From a virus (taxonomy: Duplodnaviria; Caudoviricetes): a stretch of 64,000 nt of DNA. The notes under the pieces are model-generated. The model searched no databases and was not told the DNA's origin. It saw only the letters and a program-made list of their open reading frames with translations. Positions 10,401 to 18,900 of this stretch are shown one piece after another. The position numbers and the translations under genes were made by a program. Position 1 is the stretch's first letter. Each line of letters begins with the position of its first letter. Location: IMG/VR virus record IMGVR_UViG_3300037067_008087, positions 18,397 through 82,396 of that record; one strand, given 5' to 3'.

Positions 10401-11758
10401 ATAACATATTGGCAGCATTGGCTAAAACAGAAATAGTTATCAATATAGACTGTGATATTGTTGTCCCCCCCAATCAGATATATGAGGCGGTTAAGATGCT
10501 GAGAAACGGCTATGAGTTCGTTTTCCCGTATGAGGGGATATTTGTGAGGGTGGGGAATGGGTCTAATGACCGGAACCAAGATTATATAAAATTAATTAAA
10601 GAGGCTGGAGACATAGGGATATTAAAGGGAATAGAGTTTTTTGGCATGTCTTCCGACAATATAGAGAGCCATGGTGGTGTGTTTGGATTTAGGAAGGGTG
10701 TTTACTTTAAGTACGGAGGGGATAACGAAAATTATGTTTCCTACGCACCAGAGGACACTGATAGAGCCTATAGATTCAGAACGCTGAGTAAATACGGGAG
10801 GGTAAGCGGTTCCCTTTATCACTTAAATCATTTTTGTGGTGTGGACAGCACTAATATGAATCCATATTTTAACGCATCAGTCAAGGAGTGGGGAAAGGTA
10901 AGGGCTATGAATAAAAAACAGCTCCTTGCTTACATTAAAACATGGGAGTGGGATTATAGTAAAGTAAAAACACTTAAGGATATAGATAAGGGGTCATGCA
11001 TAAAAACAACTAAAAATAACATCACCGATGTTACATTTATCATACCTGTTAAATACGATCATCCAGACAGAAAAGAAAACCTTAATTTATGTATTAGTTT
11101 TTTACGATATTGGTTTGATACTAATATAATAATAGGGGAACAGGGTGGCGATAAGTTCTCTTACGTAAAGGATATCGGGTGTGAATATGTGAAGTTTGAC
11201 AGCATGCATGAATTTCACCGCACACAGATGATAAATAAACTTACATCTATAGCTAAAACACCAATAGTTTTTAATTGGGATGCCGATGTTGTGGCTCCCC
11301 CGAATCAGGTACTGGACGCGGTAAATTATTTAAGAAACGGGGGCGAGTTTGCTTATCCTTACAACGGAACATTTATTAAAATAGATAAGGACAAAGCGTC
11401 ACAGTTTGGTATATCACTGGATATATCAATGCTTTTTTCGGCAGAACACCAAAAAATAGTGTCAGATTCTGATGGTGGGGCTATAGGATATAAAAAGGAC
11501 GCCTTTTTTAGAATAGGGGGAGAAAATGAACATTACATGTCCCATAGCCCTGAAGACAGGGATAGAAAATACAGAATAGAGACCTTGGCTGAATACACAA
11601 GGATACCGGGGCCGTTGTTTCATATAAACCACTATAAAAGCAAAGACTCAATTCATGATAATCAATATAAGGTTATTAATAAAAGCGAATGGAGGAAGGT
11701 GGGACAAATGAGTAAGGCAGAATTAACTAAATATATAAAAACATGGAAATGGATTTAA
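7478..11758 (+). CDS. 1426 aa multidomain glycan-synthesis protein: GT-A + FkbM methyltransferase + GT25 + GT11 + two tandem GT2/GT7-like domains
   Basis: GT-A (WADD, SLYCDNE); FkbM (FEVGA, AFEP, HMDVQGAE); GT25 (YCINL, DRR, ACSRSH, ICEDD); GT11 (GRLGNQLFQ, GYFQSEKYF, HIRRGDF, NSSFSWWGAYL); two repeats of DVTFI..KYDHPDR.ENL...D.D...GG.NE.Y....PED.DR. Confidence 0.85.
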   Translation: MLKILFNFPTRERPDRFKKSLDSILNNCEGDFRVIVKLDRDDPTISRYLALVDEYRNYPIIWNIGDSKNKVNAINRDISNLEWDVVFCWADDIFAIYKGFDNIIRGSFTDINSWPCFWDGYRKDDLITMCIVSRVNYDRFGYVYYPGYESLYCDNEMTEIARIMGGLNVIRHPQIVKHNHPALNTNVRFDELNTKNDKSSSVDKKLFEERKNNNFYINNNDELLALKYQQEPLEYEGLIYKYFNPKKKLTIFEVGACQCEDTLKLQKLFPNSDIHAFEPIPDNYNKGRQKISGITLNNIAVSDHKGEDDMYVSSGAPCGSGEFYGNKSSSLLAPYKHLEIFEWCKFNKKVRVKVDTIANYITKKNIKHINFIHMDVQGAELQVLKGCGAFISNVDIVFLEVARIEMYKDQALLPDINDFFISNGFELIYQNVSDVAGNQLWARIKSDLLFTSMPKYCINLAKEVDRRVGVAGEFEKLGLSINFYNAIDGKKLEPSRTMTANEIACSRSHRNIIKEAKRQGLEYVYICEDDIKFCDDFWKRIRRIESCGLDYDMLFLGGHFSDKEAMPIESSPTIHDNIYRVYRLAGAYSYIVKSTAYDKILNAPEKFAIDALYCYFIQKQVKAYAFIPFLTTCAPCFSNITGVYMEYPHVKWYYSKKIEMITYTKLGKNGRLGNQLFQVAAAIAIAKDNKTTAKLPVNWQYRNYFNVPDKYFGDTSPDLLVNVSNYHYDISKLEKVDFEKCVDLFGYFQSEKYFKNIKKDIIKWFTPKVARLDEWSVGMHIRRGDFVGNKAHINLKPEYYISAIDKYFNDPRYKFYICTDDPDYARFHFKGDRFIIADRTELEDFDVMVSCQNHILANSSFSWWGAYLAQSKRVIRPAKSFRGVLDPLSEKDLWQPEWITHEDHRIDLSDVTFITTFKYDHPDRIENLDIFMDQLGAYKTNILIGEMGGQIVKEKYPKNYVDLNFIKVFHHTRSNNILAALAKTEIVINIDCDIVVPPNQIYEAVKMLRNGYEFVFPYEGIFVRVGNGSNDRNQDYIKLIKEAGDIGILKGIEFFGMSSDNIESHGGVFGFRKGVYFKYGGDNENYVSYAPEDTDRAYRFRTLSKYGRVSGSLYHLNHFCGVDSTNMNPYFNASVKEWGKVRAMNKKQLLAYIKTWEWDYSKVKTLKDIDKGSCIKTTKNNITDVTFIIPVKYDHPDRKENLNLCISFLRYWFDTNIIIGEQGGDKFSYVKDIGCEYVKFDSMHEFHRTQMINKLTSIAKTPIVFNWDADVVAPPNQVLDAVNYLRNGGEFAYPYNGTFIKIDKDKASQFGISLDISMLFSAEHQKIVSDSDGGAIGYKKDAFFRIGGENEHYMSHSPEDRDRKYRIETLAEYTRIPGPLFHINHYKSKDSIHDNQYKVINKSEWRKVGQMSKAELTKYIKTWKWI

Positions 11759-12318
11759 TACGAATATTAGTAGATGTGGATCATGATGTGGACGGTAATT
11801 TGAACGTGTCCCCGATAATAAGCGTCCCAGAACAGCCCTTTGATATTAATAAGTTATATGATTGTTTTAATAAATTAAAAATAACCATACAGGACAATAA
11901 TTTCATAGGGAAATATTGTGTGGTTTTAAAAATGGTTAATGGTAGTTATGAAATGAAGAATGTATTTTATCCGCGATCCATAAATATGGAAAGGATACAT
12001 AATGATGTGGCTATGCATTTTGGTCTTTCACCAGACGACCTATTATCAAAAACTAAAAAAAGAAAGATAGCAAAGCCAAGACAATTTTCAATGGCGCTCA
12101 TGAGTTATTTACTTAATTCACCCACTGTTGTTGTCGGGGGATTCTATGGGTTAGACCATGCGACAGTTATTTTTGCAAGAGACAAGGCAATACCGGCATA
12201 TTATTTATCCAGAGATAAAGAAATAACTGACGCCATATCTTATTTTAATACCGCATACGGGTTGGCTAAGACAATAAACGACCATATAAAGGAAATTTTA
12301 GGAAAGCCTGTAAATTAA
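11743..12318 (+). CDS. Protein with a DnaA domain IV (Bac_DnaA_C)-like HTH
   Basis: IHNDVAMHFGLSPDDLLSKTKKRKIAKPRQFSMAL...GGFYGLDHATVIFA matches the DnaA C-terminal consensus (VA..F......L.S..R...I...RQ..M...DH.TV..A). Confidence 0.75.
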   Translation: MEMDLIRILVDVDHDVDGNLNVSPIISVPEQPFDINKLYDCFNKLKITIQDNNFIGKYCVVLKMVNGSYEMKNVFYPRSINMERIHNDVAMHFGLSPDDLLSKTKKRKIAKPRQFSMALMSYLLNSPTVVVGGFYGLDHATVIFARDKAIPAYYLSRDKEITDAISYFNTAYGLAKTINDHIKEILGKPVN

Positions 12319-12370
12319 TATGTTACAAATTGTGTGTTTTTCATAGTGTTTAAGTATTAGGTTGTTAAGG

Positions 12371-12402
12371 AAAACCCCGGAAGTCATATCTGGGGTTTTT
12401 TT
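12371..12402 (+). terminator. Intrinsic terminator
   Basis: Stem AAAACCCCGGA / TCTGGGGTTTT (one G-U pair) followed by a T-run, downstream of the DnaA_C-like gene. Confidence 0.75.
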
Positions 12403-12409
12403 ATCTTTG
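12402..12409 (+). promoter_or_regulatory. Bacteroidetes -7 promoter box (TATCTTTG)
   Basis: Matches TAnnTTTG about 24 nt upstream of the ATG at 12433. Confidence 0.6.
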
Positions 12410-12432
12410 TACCTACATTAAATTCATATAAA

Positions 12433-12915
12433 ATGGCAGGTGCATCAATCGTAGGGACGGGTCTCATCACCGTAGATGTTACACACAAAGATGGTAGGGC
12501 TTATGCGAAGACTATTCTTTTAAGTTGTGGCAAAATAGGTGAGGCATGGGATAATTCTAGCAGCACTGCTGATTTTTACTATGACATTGAAGCGGGTCGT
12601 GGCCCGGCTGTGAGATTTACAGCAACAACACTTACTAAATCAACCCTTACTACTGCTATTGAAAATGCAGACACAGGGAATCCTCGTTTTCAGATTCATG
12701 TAATGACTGAGAATAGGGGTAGAAGCGGTGAGGTTGCTGTAGACAGGCTTGTTACTATCTATACAGAAGACATTCTGTGGGGGGTAGATATCAACACGAC
12801 TACTTCTTATTTGTATGTTAAACGTGGGTACGATAGGGTAAGACTGAAAACATCCCATATTTTAACTGACATAGTAAGTTCGGCAAGTACATCTAGATCG
12901 CTTAGCGCGTCCTAA
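12433..12915 (+). CDS. Hypothetical protein, possibly a virion accessory/decoration protein
   Basis: 160 aa, S/T-rich, monocistronic (own promoter and terminator), with two weakly similar halves. Confidence 0.5.
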   Translation: MAGASIVGTGLITVDVTHKDGRAYAKTILLSCGKIGEAWDNSSSTADFYYDIEAGRGPAVRFTATTLTKSTLTTAIENADTGNPRFQIHVMTENRGRSGEVAVDRLVTIYTEDILWGVDINTTTSYLYVKRGYDRVRLKTSHILTDIVSSASTSRSLSAS

Positions 12916-12917
12916 TT

Positions 12918-12944
12918 AAAAAGGGGGTAGTCAGCCCCCTTTTT
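12918..12944. terminator. Bidirectional intrinsic terminator
   Basis: AAAAAGGGGG-tagtcag-CCCCCTTTTT between convergent genes ending at 12915 (+) and 12961 (-). Confidence 0.85.
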
Positions 12945-12960
12945 TCTTTGTTTACTATGG

Positions 12961-13191
12961 TCACTCCTCAAAACTATCTAATACCGTCATTAGATCAGCC
13001 TCGTTATTTGGTTCCTTGAATTTCCTCCGCAATCCATCCATTATATTTGTGGATATCGCCTTTACTTTAGCTATGTATTTTATCATGTTTATAGCCTCTG
13101 GACTTATGTGTGGTACGCCCTCAGGCTTTTCTTCCTCAAGATAAGAAATGAAATCTGCGTCATCCTTAAATTCAGTTCTAATTACGGGCAT
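12961..13191 (-). CDS. Hypothetical protein (76 aa)
   Basis: ORF track; ends at the bidirectional terminator. Confidence 0.6.
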   Translation of the reverse strand: MPVIRTEFKDDADFISYLEEEKPEGVPHISPEAINMIKYIAKVKAISTNIMDGLRRKFKEPNNEADLMTVLDSFEE

Positions 13192-13280
13192 ATGTAATTT
13201 TTATGTAAAGTTAAAAACTATATTTGAAATTTCCAAATTTTTATTTGTATATTATTTAATAGTTTACTAACTTTGATAGC

Positions 13281-13583
13281 ATGTATTCTGATATAATAAT
13301 AAAAAGGATTGCGGCTGGGCAAACATTAACCATGCCAGAGTTTGAAAAGGCTATTAAAGATATTGAAAAGCAGGCTAAAGAAAAGGGAGCTGAAGAAACT
13401 AGGCTATTTCTGTCTGAAGTAAGAAGGGTGTCTAAGGTTTCTAAAGAAAAAGCTAGGGATAAGTATATCCAAATGATACTATCAGACATCAGTGATTTTT
13501 GTTACGACATGAGAAGATTAAAAAATGGGCAAGACATCTCAAAAAATCCTGCTTCTGGAACTGGAACAATACCTGAAGAGTAA
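13281..13583 (+). CDS. Hypothetical protein (100 aa)
   Basis: ORF track; TAACTTTG box at 13268..13275 just upstream. Confidence 0.6.
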   Translation: MYSDIIIKRIAAGQTLTMPEFEKAIKDIEKQAKEKGAEETRLFLSEVRRVSKVSKEKARDKYIQMILSDISDFCYDMRRLKNGQDISKNPASGTGTIPEE

Positions 13584-13845
13584 GTATCTGGTTATCGAAA
13601 AGGAGAAGATGATGAAAGACGTAATTAAAACCGACAGAAGATTCCGATATGACTACTTTATCCCATCAATATCAGTGGTTTGCGAAATTAATGGAGGATC
13701 ATACATTCCAAGGGGTAGACACACGTATGGCAAGGGATATGAGACTGACTTAACGAAAATGAACATGACACAATTTCATGGTATTAAATATTTTCAGTTT
13801 ACCTATGACATGTTGGCAAAACAGGACTATAAAAATTACTTATGA
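13525..13845 (+). CDS. DUF559/Vsr-like endonuclease
   Basis: RFRYDYF, CEINGG, GRHT, YETDLTKMN, G..YFQFT. Confidence 0.7.
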   Translation: MGKTSQKILLLELEQYLKSKYLVIEKEKMMKDVIKTDRRFRYDYFIPSISVVCEINGGSYIPRGRHTYGKGYETDLTKMNMTQFHGIKYFQFTYDMLAKQDYKNYL

Positions 13846-14111
13846 TTTTCAGGGTTCATTATAACTGGATTGCGACTCCTGCCGGGGAAATATACCAAGA
13901 CTACACCGTGGGTAGCTCTTACGAAGTGCCGGGGGAAACAGACGAAGATGGGCTCCCTAAATTTAGGAAAGTGGTGGGCATTGAATATGTGAAAAGAGGG
14001 AGAAACACAAGGTCTTTGGGTTATGTTATAGTTAAAATGGATGATGGATACCAGATAATACAAGATAATATACAATCTTTATATTCAAAAGATGGAAACA
14101 CCAAGGGTTAA
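13842..14111 (+). CDS. Hypothetical protein (89 aa)
   Basis: ORF track; overlaps the stop of the preceding gene. Confidence 0.6.
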   Translation: MIFRVHYNWIATPAGEIYQDYTVGSSYEVPGETDEDGLPKFRKVVGIEYVKRGRNTRSLGYVIVKMDDGYQIIQDNIQSLYSKDGNTKG

Positions 14112-14535
14112 AAGCGCTGAAACAGTACAGGCCTGTATAGATGAGTTATATAAGTTAAATGACTGGTATAAACATTCTTATAAATCATGCACTATAGAAA
14201 ACCTATCTCATGCAAGGGCTAAGATGGTAACATATAATGCCACCCTATCAACATTCGTAGCTGAAAGTAAGAATGAAGTTGTTGACACGGAACATGCACT
14301 GGAAATGTCCTTTAATAAATTAAACATAACAAACCTAGATAGCGGGGAGAGTATAGCTAGGGCTAAAAGCACAGCCATATTATCAACAGAAAAAGAAAGA
14401 GAGGCTTTTAACCTTGCTAAAAAATATTTCACTTATATTTCCATCTTTCATGCTAATATGAATAATGTTATTGATGCCATGAGTCAGGATATAGCTACCA
14501 TGAAAAAAGAAGAAAGGCAATCTCGGATATTATAA
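14092..14535 (+). CDS. Hypothetical helical protein (147 aa)
   Basis: ORF track; coiled-coil-like composition. Confidence 0.6.
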   Translation: METPRVKSAETVQACIDELYKLNDWYKHSYKSCTIENLSHARAKMVTYNATLSTFVAESKNEVVDTEHALEMSFNKLNITNLDSGESIARAKSTAILSTEKEREAFNLAKKYFTYISIFHANMNNVIDAMSQDIATMKKEERQSRIL

Positions 14536-14580
14536 CCCATTGCATTATATATGATTCATTAGTTTACAAAATAAGCCATA

Positions 14581-14748
14581 ATGTATGATATATTTTACAA
14601 ATACACCCATTTTGCAAATTTCATAGAGCTCCGCCGAGGTAACGATCCCCGTTATCTTATTTACAGGATAAGCACATCACCATTAATGTTTGCGGAGCGT
14701 AATGAAAAGCCCCACCATATAGACGGGGCCTTTGACTTCTTAACTTAA
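14581..14748 (+). CDS. Possible small ORF (55 aa; not in the ORF track)
   Basis: Hand translation MYDIFYKY...GAFDFLT*; fills an otherwise empty 244 bp gap. Confidence 0.3.
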   Translation: MYDIFYKYTHFANFIELRRGNDPRYLIYRISTSPLMFAERNEKPHHIDGAFDFLT

Positions 14749-14778
14749 ACTTAAAACCAACACAAATATAATAAAAAT

Positions 14779-15468
14779 TTAATTAGATAATCCTAATATT
14801 GCTAATATTGTTGCAATCCCCCCAAATATTACAGCAACAGTCGCATTCCTATTAACATTCTTCTTAAGAAGTTTAATCTGGTAATCTTTATCTCCTATGA
14901 CTTTATTTTTCTGGTTATCTTGTTTTACATATAACTCTATCTGATTTTCATAAGTGGCATTAAGCAACTCACACTCCTCATAATTCATTAAAATAACATC
15001 CGTATAAGCTTCGTATTGTACTATCTCATCCCGCAACATCCATGATTCGGAATAAATATTAAATAAGCCGTCTAATTGAGGCTCAGAGAAAGGATAGTCT
15101 TTAGGGGTATCGTCTGTACCAACTACAGTAATAAGGCTGTCATATTTAACGCTAGGGGGTATATTAGCATTACTAACCTTAAGCTCCGCTATTTGTTTAT
15201 CTAAAGCTGATATTGATCTCTGATAAGCTTTAATTTCTTTATTGCCATCAATTATCCTTTGCTGTATCTCAATAACATCAGCCTTTAAAAGCTTTAGCGA
15301 ATCAGATAAAACCCTTATAGTATCTTGTCTTAGGGAGATATCCGACTTTAACGCCTTAATTTCTTTTGAATATTTAACTCCACGGTGGCTAGCATAGCCG
15401 GCTACAAACAATAACACAGCTATCATAACCACCGTTAGGATGTTAAATTTAATTTTAGCCTCAGCCAT
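14779..15468 (-). CDS. Membrane-anchored coiled-coil protein, spanin (Rz)-like
   Basis: N-terminal TM (ILTVVMIAVLLFVAGY), a long heptad region and a C-terminal TM (ATVAVIFGGIATILAILGL). Confidence 0.5.
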   Translation of the reverse strand: MAEAKIKFNILTVVMIAVLLFVAGYASHRGVKYSKEIKALKSDISLRQDTIRVLSDSLKLLKADVIEIQQRIIDGNKEIKAYQRSISALDKQIAELKVSNANIPPSVKYDSLITVVGTDDTPKDYPFSEPQLDGLFNIYSESWMLRDEIVQYEAYTDVILMNYEECELLNATYENQIELYVKQDNQKNKVIGDKDYQIKLLKKNVNRNATVAVIFGGIATILAILGLSN

Positions 15469-15470
15469 TA

Positions 15471-15812
15471 TTATTCTTTTTTAAGTGCAGCTTTTACTCT
15501 CAACCCGAAATCTGCTGCCTCTTTTAAGAGGTCAAGGGCGTCTTCAATAAGGGACTCAAGTTCATCATCAATAATATCAAACTCTACTTTTATGTGTTCC
15601 TTAAGTTCATCCATTTCAAACATGTCCAAATCATCTAATTCCTCCTTGATCTCAGCCGCATTTTTTATAAGGGTGGGGATTTCAATGAGGTTAGGGAGAA
15701 GAGCTGTGGTATCTGGCAGCCACTGCCATCCGTCTTGGGTAATGTTATCCACCTTATTAAACACATGAATTACAAAACCCACTGCTTGTTTTAGTTTATC
15801 TATATCAGCCAT
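15471..15812 (-). CDS. Hypothetical acidic protein (113 aa)
   Basis: ORF track; TAACTTTG box at 15838..15845 on the minus strand upstream. Confidence 0.6.
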   Translation of the reverse strand: MADIDKLKQAVGFVIHVFNKVDNITQDGWQWLPDTTALLPNLIEIPTLIKNAAEIKEELDDLDMFEMDELKEHIKVEFDIIDDELESLIEDALDLLKEAADFGLRVKAALKKE

Positions 15813-15906
15813 AATTAAATAAGATTAAATTAGACAACAAAGTTACGAAAAGGGAATAACTAACTTCCACCTATCTCTGTCTGGTGTGTTGTGTAGATTA
15901 ATTGCA

Positions 15907-18900
15907 TTATTTATACTGATTTACTAAGTCATATAACTGTTTATATGTTACCACCCTTATTTCATCCCCGGCAACCTGTTTAGTTCTAATATAGTCCAAT
16001 ATGTTTTCAAGTATTGTGTAATATTCATATTCCTCCAAATCCCACGTTCCCGGATGGCCATATATACCGAGTGTCGTCCTCTTGGTTGTTATAATTGCAT
16101 CTATATGACCTTCAATAGTTGTTTGATTAGGAATATCAAATCCTTGTGCATAAAACAAATCCCACCTATTAATAGGTATTTTTAGCCTGTTGTTTGTAAC
16201 TAATGTTGCACTTACTGAACGTCCAATATTAAAATAATCTAATACCGCAGAAAAAGTTACATCATCAGCAGCTCCTCCGGGATATGCTTTAGATACAATC
16301 CTGTAATCAATAGCTGTATCGTAATAATTTACTGCCTTTTCATAATAGGTAGCTAATTGTTCAGTAGTATAATTTGCTGATGTTTCATGAAATTCTATTC
16401 TTTCTGGCGGATATTCTCCATTTATTGATAGAGTATGTAATCCTATTTCGTTATCGTTTTTAATTAATGATTTGATCTGTGTGTTTGTAAGATAATGACC
16501 GTAATTAATAAAAAATGTTTGCGGCACACTATGAGGCACAAATACAGTGTCTAATAACGGAATTTCCGTTGGCGTTGTATGATCCCAACTAAATACCACA
16601 AGCGGAAAATCAACATTTTGAATTAACACATAATCGGTATTGTATTGAGCATGATCGCTGTCGCTTACATATACATCATCTTTGAAAATTATTAAATCCT
16701 TGATATATCCTGTCGTTCTATAATTATAGCCTCCATCATAATAATTGGAATCCATCTTATTATAGTATAGATGTGGCCTCCAATTATCAAAATCCGTGAA
16801 TTTTAACGGATCACCAACGAAAATCGTATCTAAAACCTCTCTGACAGAATTTGCTTCACTTAGTGATTCATCGCCTGTTGCAGTGAATATTTGATTTTCC
16901 GTATATTCGCCAAAATATCCTTCCGTTGTGTTTTCGATAAAATAATTTTTATCAGCCACACAATATCCGCTTAATAATAAAGTACTTAATTTAGGCTTTT
17001 CAAGGGTGAAAGGGAAGTCAATATCACAAGCATATCTTAACCATGTTGATCCATCCTGAACATTCCTTAATGGCTTGCCTAAAACATCGTTAGTCCCCGC
17101 CAATAATCCCGGTATTATATAATATTCCTCTACCAATACCGAATTAATCTCAAATGATGATCTTGCACTCCCATTAAAATATAAATATAACGTGGTTTCT
17201 CCGGCGGTGAAATTTGCAACATGGCTTCTGTTTACCAAATCCCACGGAGCTACTGTAATTAATCCACCTCCTGCATTATATCCTGCATATAGAGCAGTAC
17301 CTATAATTGTTAATCTTGTATATATTCCTGACGTGATCGTATTGTTTCTTTGCAAATACGGGCGTGTCGTTGCGGATGCTGTTGGTTGTTTAGTTACCTC
17401 TGCCGTTAAGTTATTATTTGAAAAGGATAGAGTACCAGTGCCACTCGTCCCCCAAACTGCCGACCATCCACTTGTAGATGTTGAAAAATCTGATTGGTAT
17501 TTAACTTTTGTATCATTATAACCATATTGAGCCAGATAGAAATAATTATTCTGAGTTGCAACATTCGCCTCTGCCAAACCACTACACAAAGCATGATGAC
17601 TATTACCAGACACGTCATAAGAAGTCGTTGGTATATTAGTTTCAATTATTGGCTCACAGAATGGAATTATTGCCCATATAACATCTTCCCTCCAAATACT
17701 AATACCATATACAGTATCCCCTTCTGCTATCCTTAATGTCCCGTCAACCGGAATAGTCGGCAAATCACTGCCATCAACAACAGATATAGAATCAGTAGTT
17801 AAAACTCCTGTAATTGTATAATCTAAATTACCAGTTATTGATGTTCTTGCTGAAGCGTTCTTTAAAGCCGCATTATTCTCGTAAAATGTGGCGTCTATCC
17901 ATTCATTTGTTGTAAAATTAAAAGTATCTGCAACAAAAACATATATATTAACAGCAACCGTAATAATATTTGAACTCGCACTCACTCCCGCTGAATTTAC
18001 CGCCCTCACCCTGTAATAGTAAGTTGTGTTCTCGGTTAGTCCGGTAACTGATTGAGAAGTCCCGCTTACCGTCAGATTGTTATACCCAGTTACAAAGGTT
18101 GCAAAGTTACTTGCCGTTGATACGTCCAGCCTGTAACTCGATGCCCCCGATACTGCAGTCCAATTAGCAGTAAAACTTGTGTCGGTTACGGAGGTGGCTG
18201 CCGTTGCTACGGGGGCAGACATATACACCATAAACGAATTACCACCCTTCATAAACTTACCCTCTGACTTCATAAACTGTCCACCGCTACCCATGAATCC
18301 ACCAGTAGGTGTTTCCGGTGCTGCTGCGACTGTTACCGTTACCGTCCACTCCTGAGTTGATTCGTCCAGTGCTGTGACTGTATAAACAACCAGAGAAGTA
18401 AAGTCTGTTGCTGTTCCGCTTGTAGGTGAAATTGTCGCTCCTTCACTTACTGTTATTGTAGGCTGTAAAGCTGTTACTGATGTGCCGTATTCGACTTCTA
18501 TACTTACAGTATGAGCAGTTGAGTTTATTGTGGCTGATCCGGTTTGGGCTGAGAGGGTGAAGGTTAGGATGTTAGTGGCGGTGCTGTCGGCTGAGCCGTA
18601 TTCGGAATAACCGAGGTCAGGGGCAAGCCCGTTGTAAGGCAATCCCACGTCAACACCAGCGTCTATTAAAACAGAACCTTCTTTTAACGTTAGGAACGTT
18701 ATGTCTGGAAGTGAACCATCCGCTTTTCTGGAGGCTGTTAGTTCCGCAAACATAGAAGCTGAATCTAATATATTAAAGTTATCATTCAGCCCCGAATATG
18801 CCCAACTAAGCGTATCATTGTATTCCCAATAAGGTATTTCACCGTTCGTAAATAACCATGTGTTATGATCTCCTCTCGCATAGCTGGGTGGGCCATCACA

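Noticed and set aside
2181-11758. Glyco cluster as a DNA hypermodification locus
   Set aside because: No base-modifying enzymes (hydroxymethylase, TET/JBP, aGPT-PplASE, queuosine pathway) are visible and the GT families are surface-glycan types. Disfavoured but not excluded.
14540-14670. Minus-strand open stretch YPVNKITGIVTSAELYEICK...
   Set aside because: No start codon after the upstream in-frame TGA; too short to support.
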